Of a stretch of DNA of 36,091 nucleotides, positions 14,845 through 22,193 are shown one piece after another. The stretch comes from a virus, in the IMG/VR virus record IMGVR_UViG_3300045988_081375, positions 1 to 36,091 of that record. One strand, written 5' to 3'. Made by a program: the position numbers and the translations under genes. Numbering within the stretch: the stretch's first letter is position 1; every line of letters starts with the position of its first letter. The notes below the pieces were generated by a model. It made no database searches, had not been told where the DNA came from, and worked only from the letters and a program-made list of their open reading frames with translations.

Positions 14845-15603
14845 TTAATAACAACGACTGCTTACTGCAAATATGTAATCCTTCGAATAAAAAAAGAAAG
14901 GTTTTATCGGTACTTTAGTCTGCTCGTAGTTCCAACAAGCGTCAAACATTTTGTTTTCGATATCGAGTAATGAATCTACGTTAATACCTTTGCGTTGCTG
15001 TTCAGAATGTGACATCAATTGTATTTTGTCAATATCAGTACCACTAAGATACTGCCATATTTCGTATGACAAACTGGATATTCTATTTTGCACCACAACG
15101 GTAGACACATTGTACATATTACTTAGTTTTTCCGATAAATCAAAAATTGGCATTGAGTGCTCGTCAAATGTTTTACTTTCATTTCTAATTATCGGAAGTA
15201 TTTCTTTGTATGGCATAAGAAATTCAGCTGCACCCTCATTTGCAAGCCATTCAATATAACTATTTTGATTAGGTCTAGTATTTCCAAAACAATTCAAAGT
15301 AGTTCCAGGCTCATCAACAGTCAAAATGTGTGTTAGTTCATGAAATCCATGATAGTTTTGTTCGACAAACGACTTGTTTTCGTTTAATAGTATAACATGA
15401 TTCTCATCTCTGTTTTTAGCAATTCTAACAATTCCTCGCAAATCATACGTCGAAAAAGGAAGTGTTTTTATCTTAACATTCTTAAATTTCTTACATAATT
15501 CAAAAATATCAAGAGGATAATCTGAACTAGAAATATTAAACTGGACTCTTTTTTCTGCGATTAACTTATATAGTTTTTCCTTAGTGTAGTAACTAATAAT
15601 TAT
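14845..15603 (-). CDS. ImmA/IrrE-family metalloprotease (start codon uncertain)
   Basis: HEXXH motif in HGFHELTHIL. The only ATG/GTG/TTG start is TTG at 15441. However, the frame is open up to 15609 and encodes ImmA-like N-terminal sequence (PLDIFELCKKFKNVKIKTLPFSTYDLRG). Candidate ATA/ATT starts lie at 15603/15600 just after AGGAGG. Confidence 0.75.
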   Translation of the reverse strand: MIISYYTKEKLYKLIAEKRVQFNISSSDYPLDIFELCKKFKNVKIKTLPFSTYDLRGIVRIAKNRDENHVILLNENKSFVEQNYHGFHELTHILTVDEPGTTLNCFGNTRPNQNSYIEWLANEGAAEFLMPYKEILPIIRNESKTFDEHSMPIFDLSEKLSNMYNVSTVVVQNRISSLSYEIWQYLSGTDIDKIQLMSHSEQQRKGINVDSLLDIENKMFDACWNYEQTKVPIKPFFFYSKDYIFAVSSRCY

Positions 15604-15935
15604 TCCTCCTTATTGCCCTTATCTTTAAGTTTCAAAATCATTGCAATTGCCATTTCAATATCATTAGGGTCTATTCCATTGTCTTGTGCTTTTTTTGCGA
15701 AACTAAAATAAATATTATTCACTTCATTGTTTAGATTACTATCGTCACCTATCAAATCACTAACTGAGACGCACAAAAAAGTTGCAATTTCTTTTAAGTA
15801 TTTATTGTATGATCTGCTTTTTCCGTTTTTCCATGCTGAATAAGTACTTTTATCTAACCCTAGATAATCGGTGAGTTCTTTTTGTGTTTTATTTTTTTTA
15901 ATAAGCAATTCTGAAATTTTATCTATTATCTCCAT
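15600..15935 (-). CDS. XRE-family HTH repressor (CI-like)
   Basis: ATG at 15935 after the RBS aaggaggg. HTH KTQKELTDYLGLDKSTYSAWKNGKS. Divergent from the Cro-like gene and upstream of ImmA. Confidence 0.85.
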   Translation of the reverse strand: MEIIDKISELLIKKNKTQKELTDYLGLDKSTYSAWKNGKSRSYNKYLKEIATFLCVSVSDLIGDDSNLNNEVNNIYFSFAKKAQDNGIDPNDIEMAIAMILKLKDKGNKEE

Positions 15936-15968
15936 ATTTTCACCCTCCTTTTTGTTGGGATTTAACAA

Positions 15969-16193
15969 AGTTGAAAAAATAACAACTTAAAGGGTTGACA
16001 ATTGGAATAATATCAACTATAATATGCGTATACGGTTGATGAAATTCCAACTTTTCTTTAGTTCAAGTTTAGCTGACAGACTAAAGGAAAGTTTACAATT
16101 TTTAAACTTTGTTGATTTAATAGTAACAGTTTTATCAACTTGTGTCAATAGTATCAAACGAAATTTGTTGATTTGCTGAAAGGAGGTAGGAAT
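15969..16193. promoter_or_regulatory. lysis-lysogeny switch region with repeated ATCAAC/GTTGAT half-sites
   Basis: Hexamers at 16012, 16035, 16111, 16134 and 16167, plus the variant ATCAAA at 16153. An 11-bp direct repeat TTTGTTGATTT lies at 16108-16118 and 16164-16174. The inverted repeat AAGTTG..CAACTT is at 15968-15988. Confidence 0.6.
15995..16023 (+). promoter_or_regulatory. perfect consensus sigma-70 promoter for the early rightward operon
   Basis: TTGACA at 15995-16000, a 17-nt spacer, and TATAAT at 16018-16023. The -10 is bracketed by ATCAAC and GTTGAT half-sites. Confidence 0.75.
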
Positions 16194-16412
16194 ATGTACG
16201 ATGAATTTAGGCATTTTGCCAAAGAAAATCTTAAGAGTAAGCGGATGACATATTATAAACTTGCGAAGAAGATTGGTTTTACAGAAAGCACGATTAAATG
16301 TTTTATGTGCGGGGCAAATAACAGTCGAAAGGTTGCTGAAAAAATTGCAGATGAATTAGGAGTAAAACTAGTTTACTGTGATAAAAAGTACATACCATTT
16401 TTTAAAGATTAA
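16194..16412 (+). CDS. Cro-like HTH regulator
   Basis: ATG at 16194 after the RBS aaggagg. 72 aa with HTH MTYYKLAKKIGFTESTIKCFMCG. First gene of the rightward operon. Confidence 0.7.
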   Translation: MYDEFRHFAKENLKSKRMTYYKLAKKIGFTESTIKCFMCGANNSRKVAEKIADELGVKLVYCDKKYIPFFKD

Positions 16413-16424
16413 AGGAGGACATAC

Positions 16425-17189
16425 ATGAACAATTTACAGATTTTCAACAACGCCCAGTTTGGCGAGATAAGGACAATTGATGAGAACGGCACAGTGCTGT
16501 TCTGTGGCTCGGACATTGCAAAGGCACTCGGGTATTCAAACACAAAAGACGCACTTGCAAGACATTGTAAAGAAGATGGGGTAGTGTTTCACGACCTCAT
16601 CGACAACATGGGCAGAGAACAGCATGCAAAATTTATCAACGAGGGCAATGTCTACCGCCTGATAACGCACAGCAAGCTTCCTGCGGCTGAACAGTTTGAG
16701 AGCTGGGTGTTTGACGAGGTGTTGCCAACAATACGCAGAAACGGTGCATATATGACAGACGATACACTTGAGTATGCTCTGACGTCTCCGGACTTTCTGA
16801 TACAGCTTGCAACAAAGCTCAAAGAAGAAAAAGCAAAGCGTATAGAGTTAGAAGCACAGGTTGAGCAGGACAAGCCTAAAGTGTTATTTGCAAGAGCAGT
16901 CGAAACGGCACACACATCCATACTGATAGGCGACCTTGCGAAAATCCTTAAGCAAAACGGCGTTCAGACAGGACAGAAAAGGTTATTCGAGCAGTTAAGG
17001 CAGGACGGTTATCTGATAAAGGGCGGCAATTCGCACAATATGCCCACACAGAGAGCAATGGAAATGGGATTGTTTGAAGTCAAGGAAAGCACGGTGAACA
17101 ATCCGGACGGTTCGATAAGAATAAATCGTACAACAAAGGTAACCGGAAAAGGTCAGACATATTTTATAAACAAATATATGGCGGTGTAA
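16425..17189 (+). CDS. antirepressor (Bro-N domain plus KilAC/ANT C-terminal domain)
   Basis: N-terminus LQIFNNAQFGEIRTIDENGTVLFCGSDIAKALGY...ESWVFDEVLPTIRRNGAY. C-terminus ...GDLAKILKQNG...QDGYLIK...PTQRAMEMGLFEVK. Confidence 0.9.
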   Translation: MNNLQIFNNAQFGEIRTIDENGTVLFCGSDIAKALGYSNTKDALARHCKEDGVVFHDLIDNMGREQHAKFINEGNVYRLITHSKLPAAEQFESWVFDEVLPTIRRNGAYMTDDTLEYALTSPDFLIQLATKLKEEKAKRIELEAQVEQDKPKVLFARAVETAHTSILIGDLAKILKQNGVQTGQKRLFEQLRQDGYLIKGGNSHNMPTQRAMEMGLFEVKESTVNNPDGSIRINRTTKVTGKGQTYFINKYMAV

Positions 17190-17201
17190 GTGAGGTGCGT
17201 T

Positions 17202-17393
17202 ATGTACAAAAAGACACAGTTCCCTGAGATGATGAATACGGAACAGGCGGCAAGGTACATCGGAATAGACACGGGTACCTTGCGTAAATGGGCAAGGAAC
17301 GGAGATATTCCTGCTCACAAGGTAGGACCTAAGCTCTGGCGGTTTTTCAAGTCAGAGCTCGCAGAAAGGATGGAGATGAATGAAAATAGCTAA
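17202..17393 (+). CDS. excisionase-family (MerR-like) HTH DNA-binding protein
   Basis: MNTEQAARYIGIDTGTLRKWARNGDIPAHKVGPKLWRFFKSEL. It could be Xis or another small regulator. Confidence 0.65.
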   Translation: MYKKTQFPEMMNTEQAARYIGIDTGTLRKWARNGDIPAHKVGPKLWRFFKSELAERMEMNENS

Positions 17394-17628
17394 GATAATC
17401 GCCTACATACTCTCACAGCTCCTGCGGCTGTGGATAACAGCCTCTGCCGCCATGATGATGTACATACCTATGTCAGCACTGGCTTACGCAGAAAGGGGCT
17501 ATAAAGCCGTAGGCGGCGAGATGTTACCCGTTGCAATAGTTGCTGTTGCGGTCTGGTACGGGCTGGGATGGCTTATGCGGGAGTGGTGCAAGGATATGAT
17601 AGGAGGCGGACACGATGACAGATCTTGA
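17380..17628 (+). CDS. small membrane protein (two hydrophobic helices)
   Basis: 82 aa, overlapping both neighbours. Hydrophobic segments IIAYILSQLLRLWITASAAMMMYI and LPVAIVAVAVWYGLGWL. Confidence 0.5.
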   Translation: MKIAKIIAYILSQLLRLWITASAAMMMYIPMSALAYAERGYKAVGGEMLPVAIVAVAVWYGLGWLMREWCKDMIGGGHDDRS

Positions 17629-17776
17629 GCGAATTGCCAAGGAAGCCACCGATCACGGCATGAGCTACGGCGAGTATGTTGCCTGGCAGGCAAGAGCCAC
17701 AATTGAGCAACAGCAAAACTTCCGCAGAGCACGGCAGGTAGCGGAGATACGAAGAAAGAGAGGAAAGAAGAAATGA
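17615..17776 (+). CDS. hypothetical 53-aa basic protein
   Basis: Hand-translated MTDLERIAKEATDHGMSYGEYVAWQ...RRKRGKKK. RBS aggagg at 17601-17606. Below the length cutoff of the ORF track. Confidence 0.35.
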   Translation: MTDLERIAKEATDHGMSYGEYVAWQARATIEQQQNFRRARQVAEIRRKRGKKK

Positions 17777-17895
17777 AGTATAAGGTAACAGCTACGTTTG
17801 ATGCAATAAACGAGGCAATGGCGCTTGTCAATGCTCTTGTCGGTGTTGTCGATGAGGTCGAGATGATTGACGAGGAGGACGAAGACGATGTATAA
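17773..17895 (+). CDS. hypothetical 40-aa acidic protein
   Basis: Hand-translated MKYKVTATFDAINEAMALVNALVGVVDEVEMIDEEDEDDV. ATGA overlap with the previous ORF. Confidence 0.3.
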   Translation: MKYKVTATFDAINEAMALVNALVGVVDEVEMIDEEDEDDV

Positions 17896-18043
17896 ATGCG
17901 AACGTTGTGACTGGACAGGCTCGGCATCAGAGCTTGGACACTACACTGAGTATCGTGGCGAGTGTCACGGTGCACCTGCGTGGGAAACATTACCGTGTTG
18001 CCCGGAGTGCGGATATGATGTTGAGAACATCAAAGAAGAGTAA
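17888..18043 (+). CDS. hypothetical 51-aa zinc-ribbon protein
   Basis: Hand-translated MYKCERCDWTG...LPCCPECGYD, giving a CxxC ... CxxC arrangement. Overlaps the previous ORF by 8 nt. Confidence 0.45.
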   Translation: MYKCERCDWTGSASELGHYTEYRGECHGAPAWETLPCCPECGYDVENIKEE

Positions 18044-18120
18044 AAAAAAAGAGCTCCCCGAAGGGAGCAAAGCAAATTTTACACAAGACCAGTATAACAC
18101 TGGCAGGAGAAAAAGTCAAT

Positions 18121-18498
18121 ATGAGTATCAAAGAAAAACTTACAGCTGAGCTGACAGACGCAAAGCTCGGCAAGTATGAAACAGCAGTAAAGAATGCTGT
18201 GATGAAAACTATCTGCAAATTCTGCGAGCAGAATGCAGAGTTTAAACAGGCCATAGAGCAGTCAGGCAAGTCTTTTGCCGACTGCCTCAAGGCAACGGTC
18301 AAAGGTGTAGGCGCAAGTCTCGAAGATCTCGAAGTATACAAGCGTGCTGTAGCGTTTTACTTTCCCGGTGCGGATATAAAATGCACTATGACGCTTGATC
18401 TCGGTGACGGCGGATTCAGCAACAGCAACAGCAAAACATCCACAGAAGCAGACAGCGGCAAGCTACAGCTTGACCTCGACAGTCTGCTCGACTTCTGA
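18121..18498 (+). CDS. PcfK-like protein (tentative)
   Basis: 125 aa. The segment ...SFADCLKATVKGVGASLEDLEVYKRAVAFYFPGADIKC resembles my recollection of PcfK-like proteins. It lies directly upstream of a PcfJ-like gene, as on pCF10-type elements. Confidence 0.5.
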   Translation: MSIKEKLTAELTDAKLGKYETAVKNAVMKTICKFCEQNAEFKQAIEQSGKSFADCLKATVKGVGASLEDLEVYKRAVAFYFPGADIKCTMTLDLGDGGFSNSNSKTSTEADSGKLQLDLDSLLDF

Positions 18499-18506
18499 GG
18501 TGTGGC

Positions 18507-20045
18507 ATGACAAGAAAAGAAGCCGAAAGCTATACAGACAATTTTCCGCCGCTTACAGCAGAGCTTGAGCGTGAGCTTAGAAAGACGTTGCCGATTAAGT
18601 ATCTTATTATAGATAATGGCGGCACAGCATATTGCACGGCATGCGAAGAAAAGCTGTATCCCGGTGAGTATGACAGCTCAATCAAACACAGACAGACTAC
18701 CGTATGCTCGCACTGCGGCGAAACTGTCACTGCAATATACAATCATCACAACTTTCACGGCTCGGTTGTTGAGTGCAAATCAAATGTCGGAGTGTTTTTG
18801 TCAGACGGCAAAACTGATAATCTGTACATACGTTTCTATACGGTTACGCTGCTTTTTAATGCTCGTGAAATTATGCCGCATATTGCAATCAATGAGGTTC
18901 AGCGGTATTTGTTCACGGCAAATCAGGCGTTCCGTTATGGTCCTAAAGACGCATGGGAGAGTAAAAACGGTTACTACACAAAGGTAGTGACAGGCTGGGG
19001 GCTGCGAGCAAAATTTAGCGAGCCTGTATTTCAAAATTATTGGGATTATTATACCTTAGTTAATTTTCCCGCATTAAAAGGAACAGCTTGTGCTCATTCG
19101 GCAATAAGCGAGAACTTCGGAAGCATATCATATCTGCGGTTCTGGCAGTCGCACAAAAATGTTGAGGCGCTCGTTAAGTGTGGCTTATATAACAGCGTAA
19201 AGTGCAACAAAGACATGATCAACTGGGCTGAAACCGAACCGCACAAAATGCTCGGTGTAACAAAAGATGTTATGCGGGCAATCCGCAAAGGACAAATCGG
19301 GTACAGAGATTATTTTGAAGCGAGAGAGGCATTTCCTAAGATTATCGACCTTAAAAGTCTTATTGATACATTCAATTTTGTTCACTATTCTTTTGGCACA
19401 CTTGACGAACTTGAAAAAAGACTCGTTTTGTTACCTGCCGACAGATACGAAATTATGAAGTATCTTGTAAAGCAGAAAACCCCGATTTATGACTATATGG
19501 ATTATGTCCGTATAATGCAGAGCTTCAACGCCGATTTCAGCGACAGACAGATATGCTTTCCGAAAAATCTTAAAGCGGCTCACGACCGTGCAGAAGCTAT
19601 GCGACAGGCACGGGAGCTTGAAGAAAAAGCAAAGAAAAACGCTAAACTGGCTGAACAGCTGAACACTTTGAAATTAAAGCGAAAGATACTTGAATTTTCG
19701 ATTGGTGATTACTTTATCCGTCAGCCTGACAGCACGGACGAAATAGTCGTCGAAGGTCAGAAGCTAAGCCACTGTGTCGGCGGCTACGCCGAAAGGCACG
19801 CAATCGGCAAGCTGACAATTATGTTTCTCCGCCGAAAATCTGCACCTAACGAGCCGTATTACACGATAGAGGTATCAAATGACTATAAAATAGTTCAGTG
19901 CAGAGGTTATAAAAACAACTGGGTTGAAAATGGCGGACAGAAAAAACCACAAGAAATAATCAATGTCGAGAAGATGTATCAGCAGTACCTTGACGGTATT
20001 GCGGCGAAAAAATCAAAAACAAAATCAAGGAGGAAAACAGCATGA
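18507..20045 (+). CDS. PcfJ-like protein
   Basis: The C-terminal motif VVEGQKLSHCVGGYAERHAIGKLTIMFLRRKSAPNEPYYTIEVSNDYKIVQCRGYKNN matches the PcfJ-like domain pattern. The N-terminus carries CxxC..CxxC. Confidence 0.6.
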   Translation: MTRKEAESYTDNFPPLTAELERELRKTLPIKYLIIDNGGTAYCTACEEKLYPGEYDSSIKHRQTTVCSHCGETVTAIYNHHNFHGSVVECKSNVGVFLSDGKTDNLYIRFYTVTLLFNAREIMPHIAINEVQRYLFTANQAFRYGPKDAWESKNGYYTKVVTGWGLRAKFSEPVFQNYWDYYTLVNFPALKGTACAHSAISENFGSISYLRFWQSHKNVEALVKCGLYNSVKCNKDMINWAETEPHKMLGVTKDVMRAIRKGQIGYRDYFEAREAFPKIIDLKSLIDTFNFVHYSFGTLDELEKRLVLLPADRYEIMKYLVKQKTPIYDYMDYVRIMQSFNADFSDRQICFPKNLKAAHDRAEAMRQARELEEKAKKNAKLAEQLNTLKLKRKILEFSIGDYFIRQPDSTDEIVVEGQKLSHCVGGYAERHAIGKLTIMFLRRKSAPNEPYYTIEVSNDYKIVQCRGYKNNWVENGGQKKPQEIINVEKMYQQYLDGIAAKKSKTKSRRKTA

Positions 20046-20917
20046 CCGAACAGCTTACACTGTATCAGCAGGCTCAGGCGGTGCATCAGAATCTGATGAT
20101 TCAGGAACAGGTTGCAGCTCAGTCTTTAACGCAGATTGCCATAGACCTTAAAGAAATCAGAGATAGGCGGCTTTATGCAGAACTCGGATATTCAGATTTT
20201 GCCGAATACTGCGAAAACGCCACAAAGACGGGAAAAAGACAGGCTTATAATCTTATATCGCTTGTCGAGCAGTACAAGATTGACGATCTTTCCAGACTTG
20301 CGTATCTCGGCAGTACCAAACTGATCGCTCTTAAATCTCTCGGCAAAGAGGAACGTGAGGAGCTTATAGAGAGCGGCAAAGCCGAAGAACTGTCAGTGAG
20401 AGAGCTCAAGGAAAAGATAAAGGAGCTTACCGATAAAAATGAACAATTACGCTTTGAGTTTACATCAGTAACTGACAGTGACAAGGATAAAGACAGCAAA
20501 ATCAATTCGTTGCAGGCACAGCTTGACGATACAGGAAATGCTATGCGGCGAACCGCAGAAGAAAATGAAAAGCTGAAGTTACAGATAGCTGAACTTGAAA
20601 AGCGTCCTGTCGAAGTGGCAGTTGCCGAACCGTCGGTCGAGGATATTGCAAAAATAAGAGCAGAAGCCGAAGCTGCCGCAAGAGCGGAATACGATAAAAA
20701 GCTTGCTGATGAAAAGAAAAAAGTGCAATCGATTGCACACGAAGAAGCAAGTGGTAACGGTAAAGAAATCTTCAAGATTCATCTGAAAAATATACAGCGT
20801 GAATTCAATGAAGCGTTAGAGCTTGTAAGCAATGCGTCAGAAAATGAACGCAGCAGTTATATAAAGGCTTTCCGTGCCGCACTGAATGCGTGCGAGGATT
20901 TGATTGCAAAGTTATAA
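20042..20917 (+). CDS. hypothetical protein, DUF3102-like N-terminus plus long coiled coil
   Basis: IAIDLKEIRDRRLYAELGYSDFAEYCENATKTGKRQAYNLISL followed by an E/K-rich helical region. Confidence 0.4.
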   Translation: MTEQLTLYQQAQAVHQNLMIQEQVAAQSLTQIAIDLKEIRDRRLYAELGYSDFAEYCENATKTGKRQAYNLISLVEQYKIDDLSRLAYLGSTKLIALKSLGKEEREELIESGKAEELSVRELKEKIKELTDKNEQLRFEFTSVTDSDKDKDSKINSLQAQLDDTGNAMRRTAEENEKLKLQIAELEKRPVEVAVAEPSVEDIAKIRAEAEAAARAEYDKKLADEKKKVQSIAHEEASGNGKEIFKIHLKNIQREFNEALELVSNASENERSSYIKAFRAALNACEDLIAKL

Positions 20918-20930
20918 GGAGGAAAACCAA

Positions 20931-22193
20931 ATGTCAGTAAAAATCAGTTCGCTTGAAATTGAAAATGTCAAGCGAGTAAAAGCGGTACAGTTAACGCCTG
21001 CCGAGAACGGTCTTATGATAATCGGCGGTAAGAACAATCAGGGCAAGACATCGGTACTTGACGCTATCGCATGGGCACTCGGCGGTGACAGGCTGAAACC
21101 GTCACAGGCTGTGCGGGAAGGCTTTGTGATTCCGCCCCACATGGAAGTTACGCTCAGCAACGGTATAAAGGTAGTCAGGAGCGGCAATAACAGTACGCTC
21201 AAGGTTATTGATCCGGACGGCAACAAGGGCGGTCAGCAGCTGCTCAACGAATTCGTAGAACAGTTTGCGCTTGATCTTCCTAAGTTTCTCGACCGGTCGA
21301 GCAAGGAAAAGGCGGATACTCTCCTCAGAATAATCGGTGTAGGCGATAAGCTGTACGAGCTTGAAACCGAAGAACAGAAGCTGTACAATCAGCGTCACAC
21401 TATCGGTCAGATAGCGGATCAGAAGAAGAAATACGCTAAGGAAATGCCGGTATTCGCAGATGCTCCGAAAGAGTTTGTGTCAGCAACCGAGCTTATCAGA
21501 CAGCAGCAGGATATTCTTGCAAGAAACGGCGAAAATCAGCGTAAAAGACAGCTCAGAGAGCAGTACGACAGAGAACTTGAGTTGGCTCGGAAGGCATACG
21601 AAGAAGCACAGGCAAGACTTGAAACAGCAACGGCAAACGCAGAAACCGCACATCGTGACGCTGAAGACCTTGCAGACGAGAGCACGGCAGAGCTTGAACA
21701 GAGTATAGCAGACATTGAGCAGATAAACGCAAAGGTCCGTGCAAATCTTGACCGTGAAAAAGCTGAGCTTGACGCTGAAGCGTATAAAACTCAGTATATA
21801 CAGCTTACCGAAGAAATACAGTCTGTCAGAAAAGCTAAAACAGATCTTCTTGACGGTGCAGACTTACCGCTTGAGGGCTTGTCGGTAGATAACGGCGAGC
21901 TTACATACAACGGTTTTAAATGGGATAATATGTCCGGCTCGGAACAGCTCAAGGTTGCGACCGCAATTGTCCGCAAGCTCAATCCTAATTGCGGATTTGT
22001 GCTTATAGACAAGCTGGAACAGATGGATACCGATACGCTGAACGACTTTGGCAGATGGCTTGAAAGCGAGGGCTTACAGGCAATCGCCACAAGAGTTAGC
22101 ACGGGTGACGAGTGCAGTATCATAATCGAGGACGGCTATTCAAAGCCGGTTGAAAAGAAAGAAACTACAACATGGAAGGCAGGTACATTTTGA
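20931..22193 (+). CDS. SMC/RecF-like AAA ATPase of the recombination module
   Basis: ATG at 20931 after the RBS aaggagga. Walker A GGKNNQGKTSVLDAI, a central coiled coil, and a C-terminal signature/Walker B region (SGSEQLKVATAI...FVLIDKLEQMD). Confidence 0.7.
   Translation: MSVKISSLEIENVKRVKAVQLTPAENGLMIIGGKNNQGKTSVLDAIAWALGGDRLKPSQAVREGFVIPPHMEVTLSNGIKVVRSGNNSTLKVIDPDGNKGGQQLLNEFVEQFALDLPKFLDRSSKEKADTLLRIIGVGDKLYELETEEQKLYNQRHTIGQIADQKKKYAKEMPVFADAPKEFVSATELIRQQQDILARNGENQRKRQLREQYDRELELARKAYEEAQARLETATANAETAHRDAEDLADESTAELEQSIADIEQINAKVRANLDREKAELDAEAYKTQYIQLTEEIQSVRKAKTDLLDGADLPLEGLSVDNGELTYNGFKWDNMSGSEQLKVATAIVRKLNPNCGFVLIDKLEQMDTDTLNDFGRWLESEGLQAIATRVSTGDECSIIIEDGYSKPVEKKETTTWKAGTF

Noticed and set aside
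17499-17990. 163-aa minus-strand ORF across the early small-gene cluster
   Set aside because: Poly-Ser/Thr low-complexity product, antisense to a chain of translationally coupled plus-strand ORFs, with no start context. Judged a shadow ORF.
18044-18075. Hairpin gagctccc-cgaa-gggagc after the zinc-ribbon ORF, considered as a terminator
   Set aside because: On the plus strand it is preceded rather than followed by the homopolymer run (A8), so it would only terminate minus-strand transcription, and no minus-strand gene lies upstream. It is possibly just an RNA-stability element, so it is not called.
20245-20775. 176-aa and two ~68-aa minus-strand ORFs inside the coiled-coil gene
   Set aside because: Ser/Leu-rich antisense images of an E/K-rich coiled-coil coding region, which typically leaves the opposite strand free of stops.
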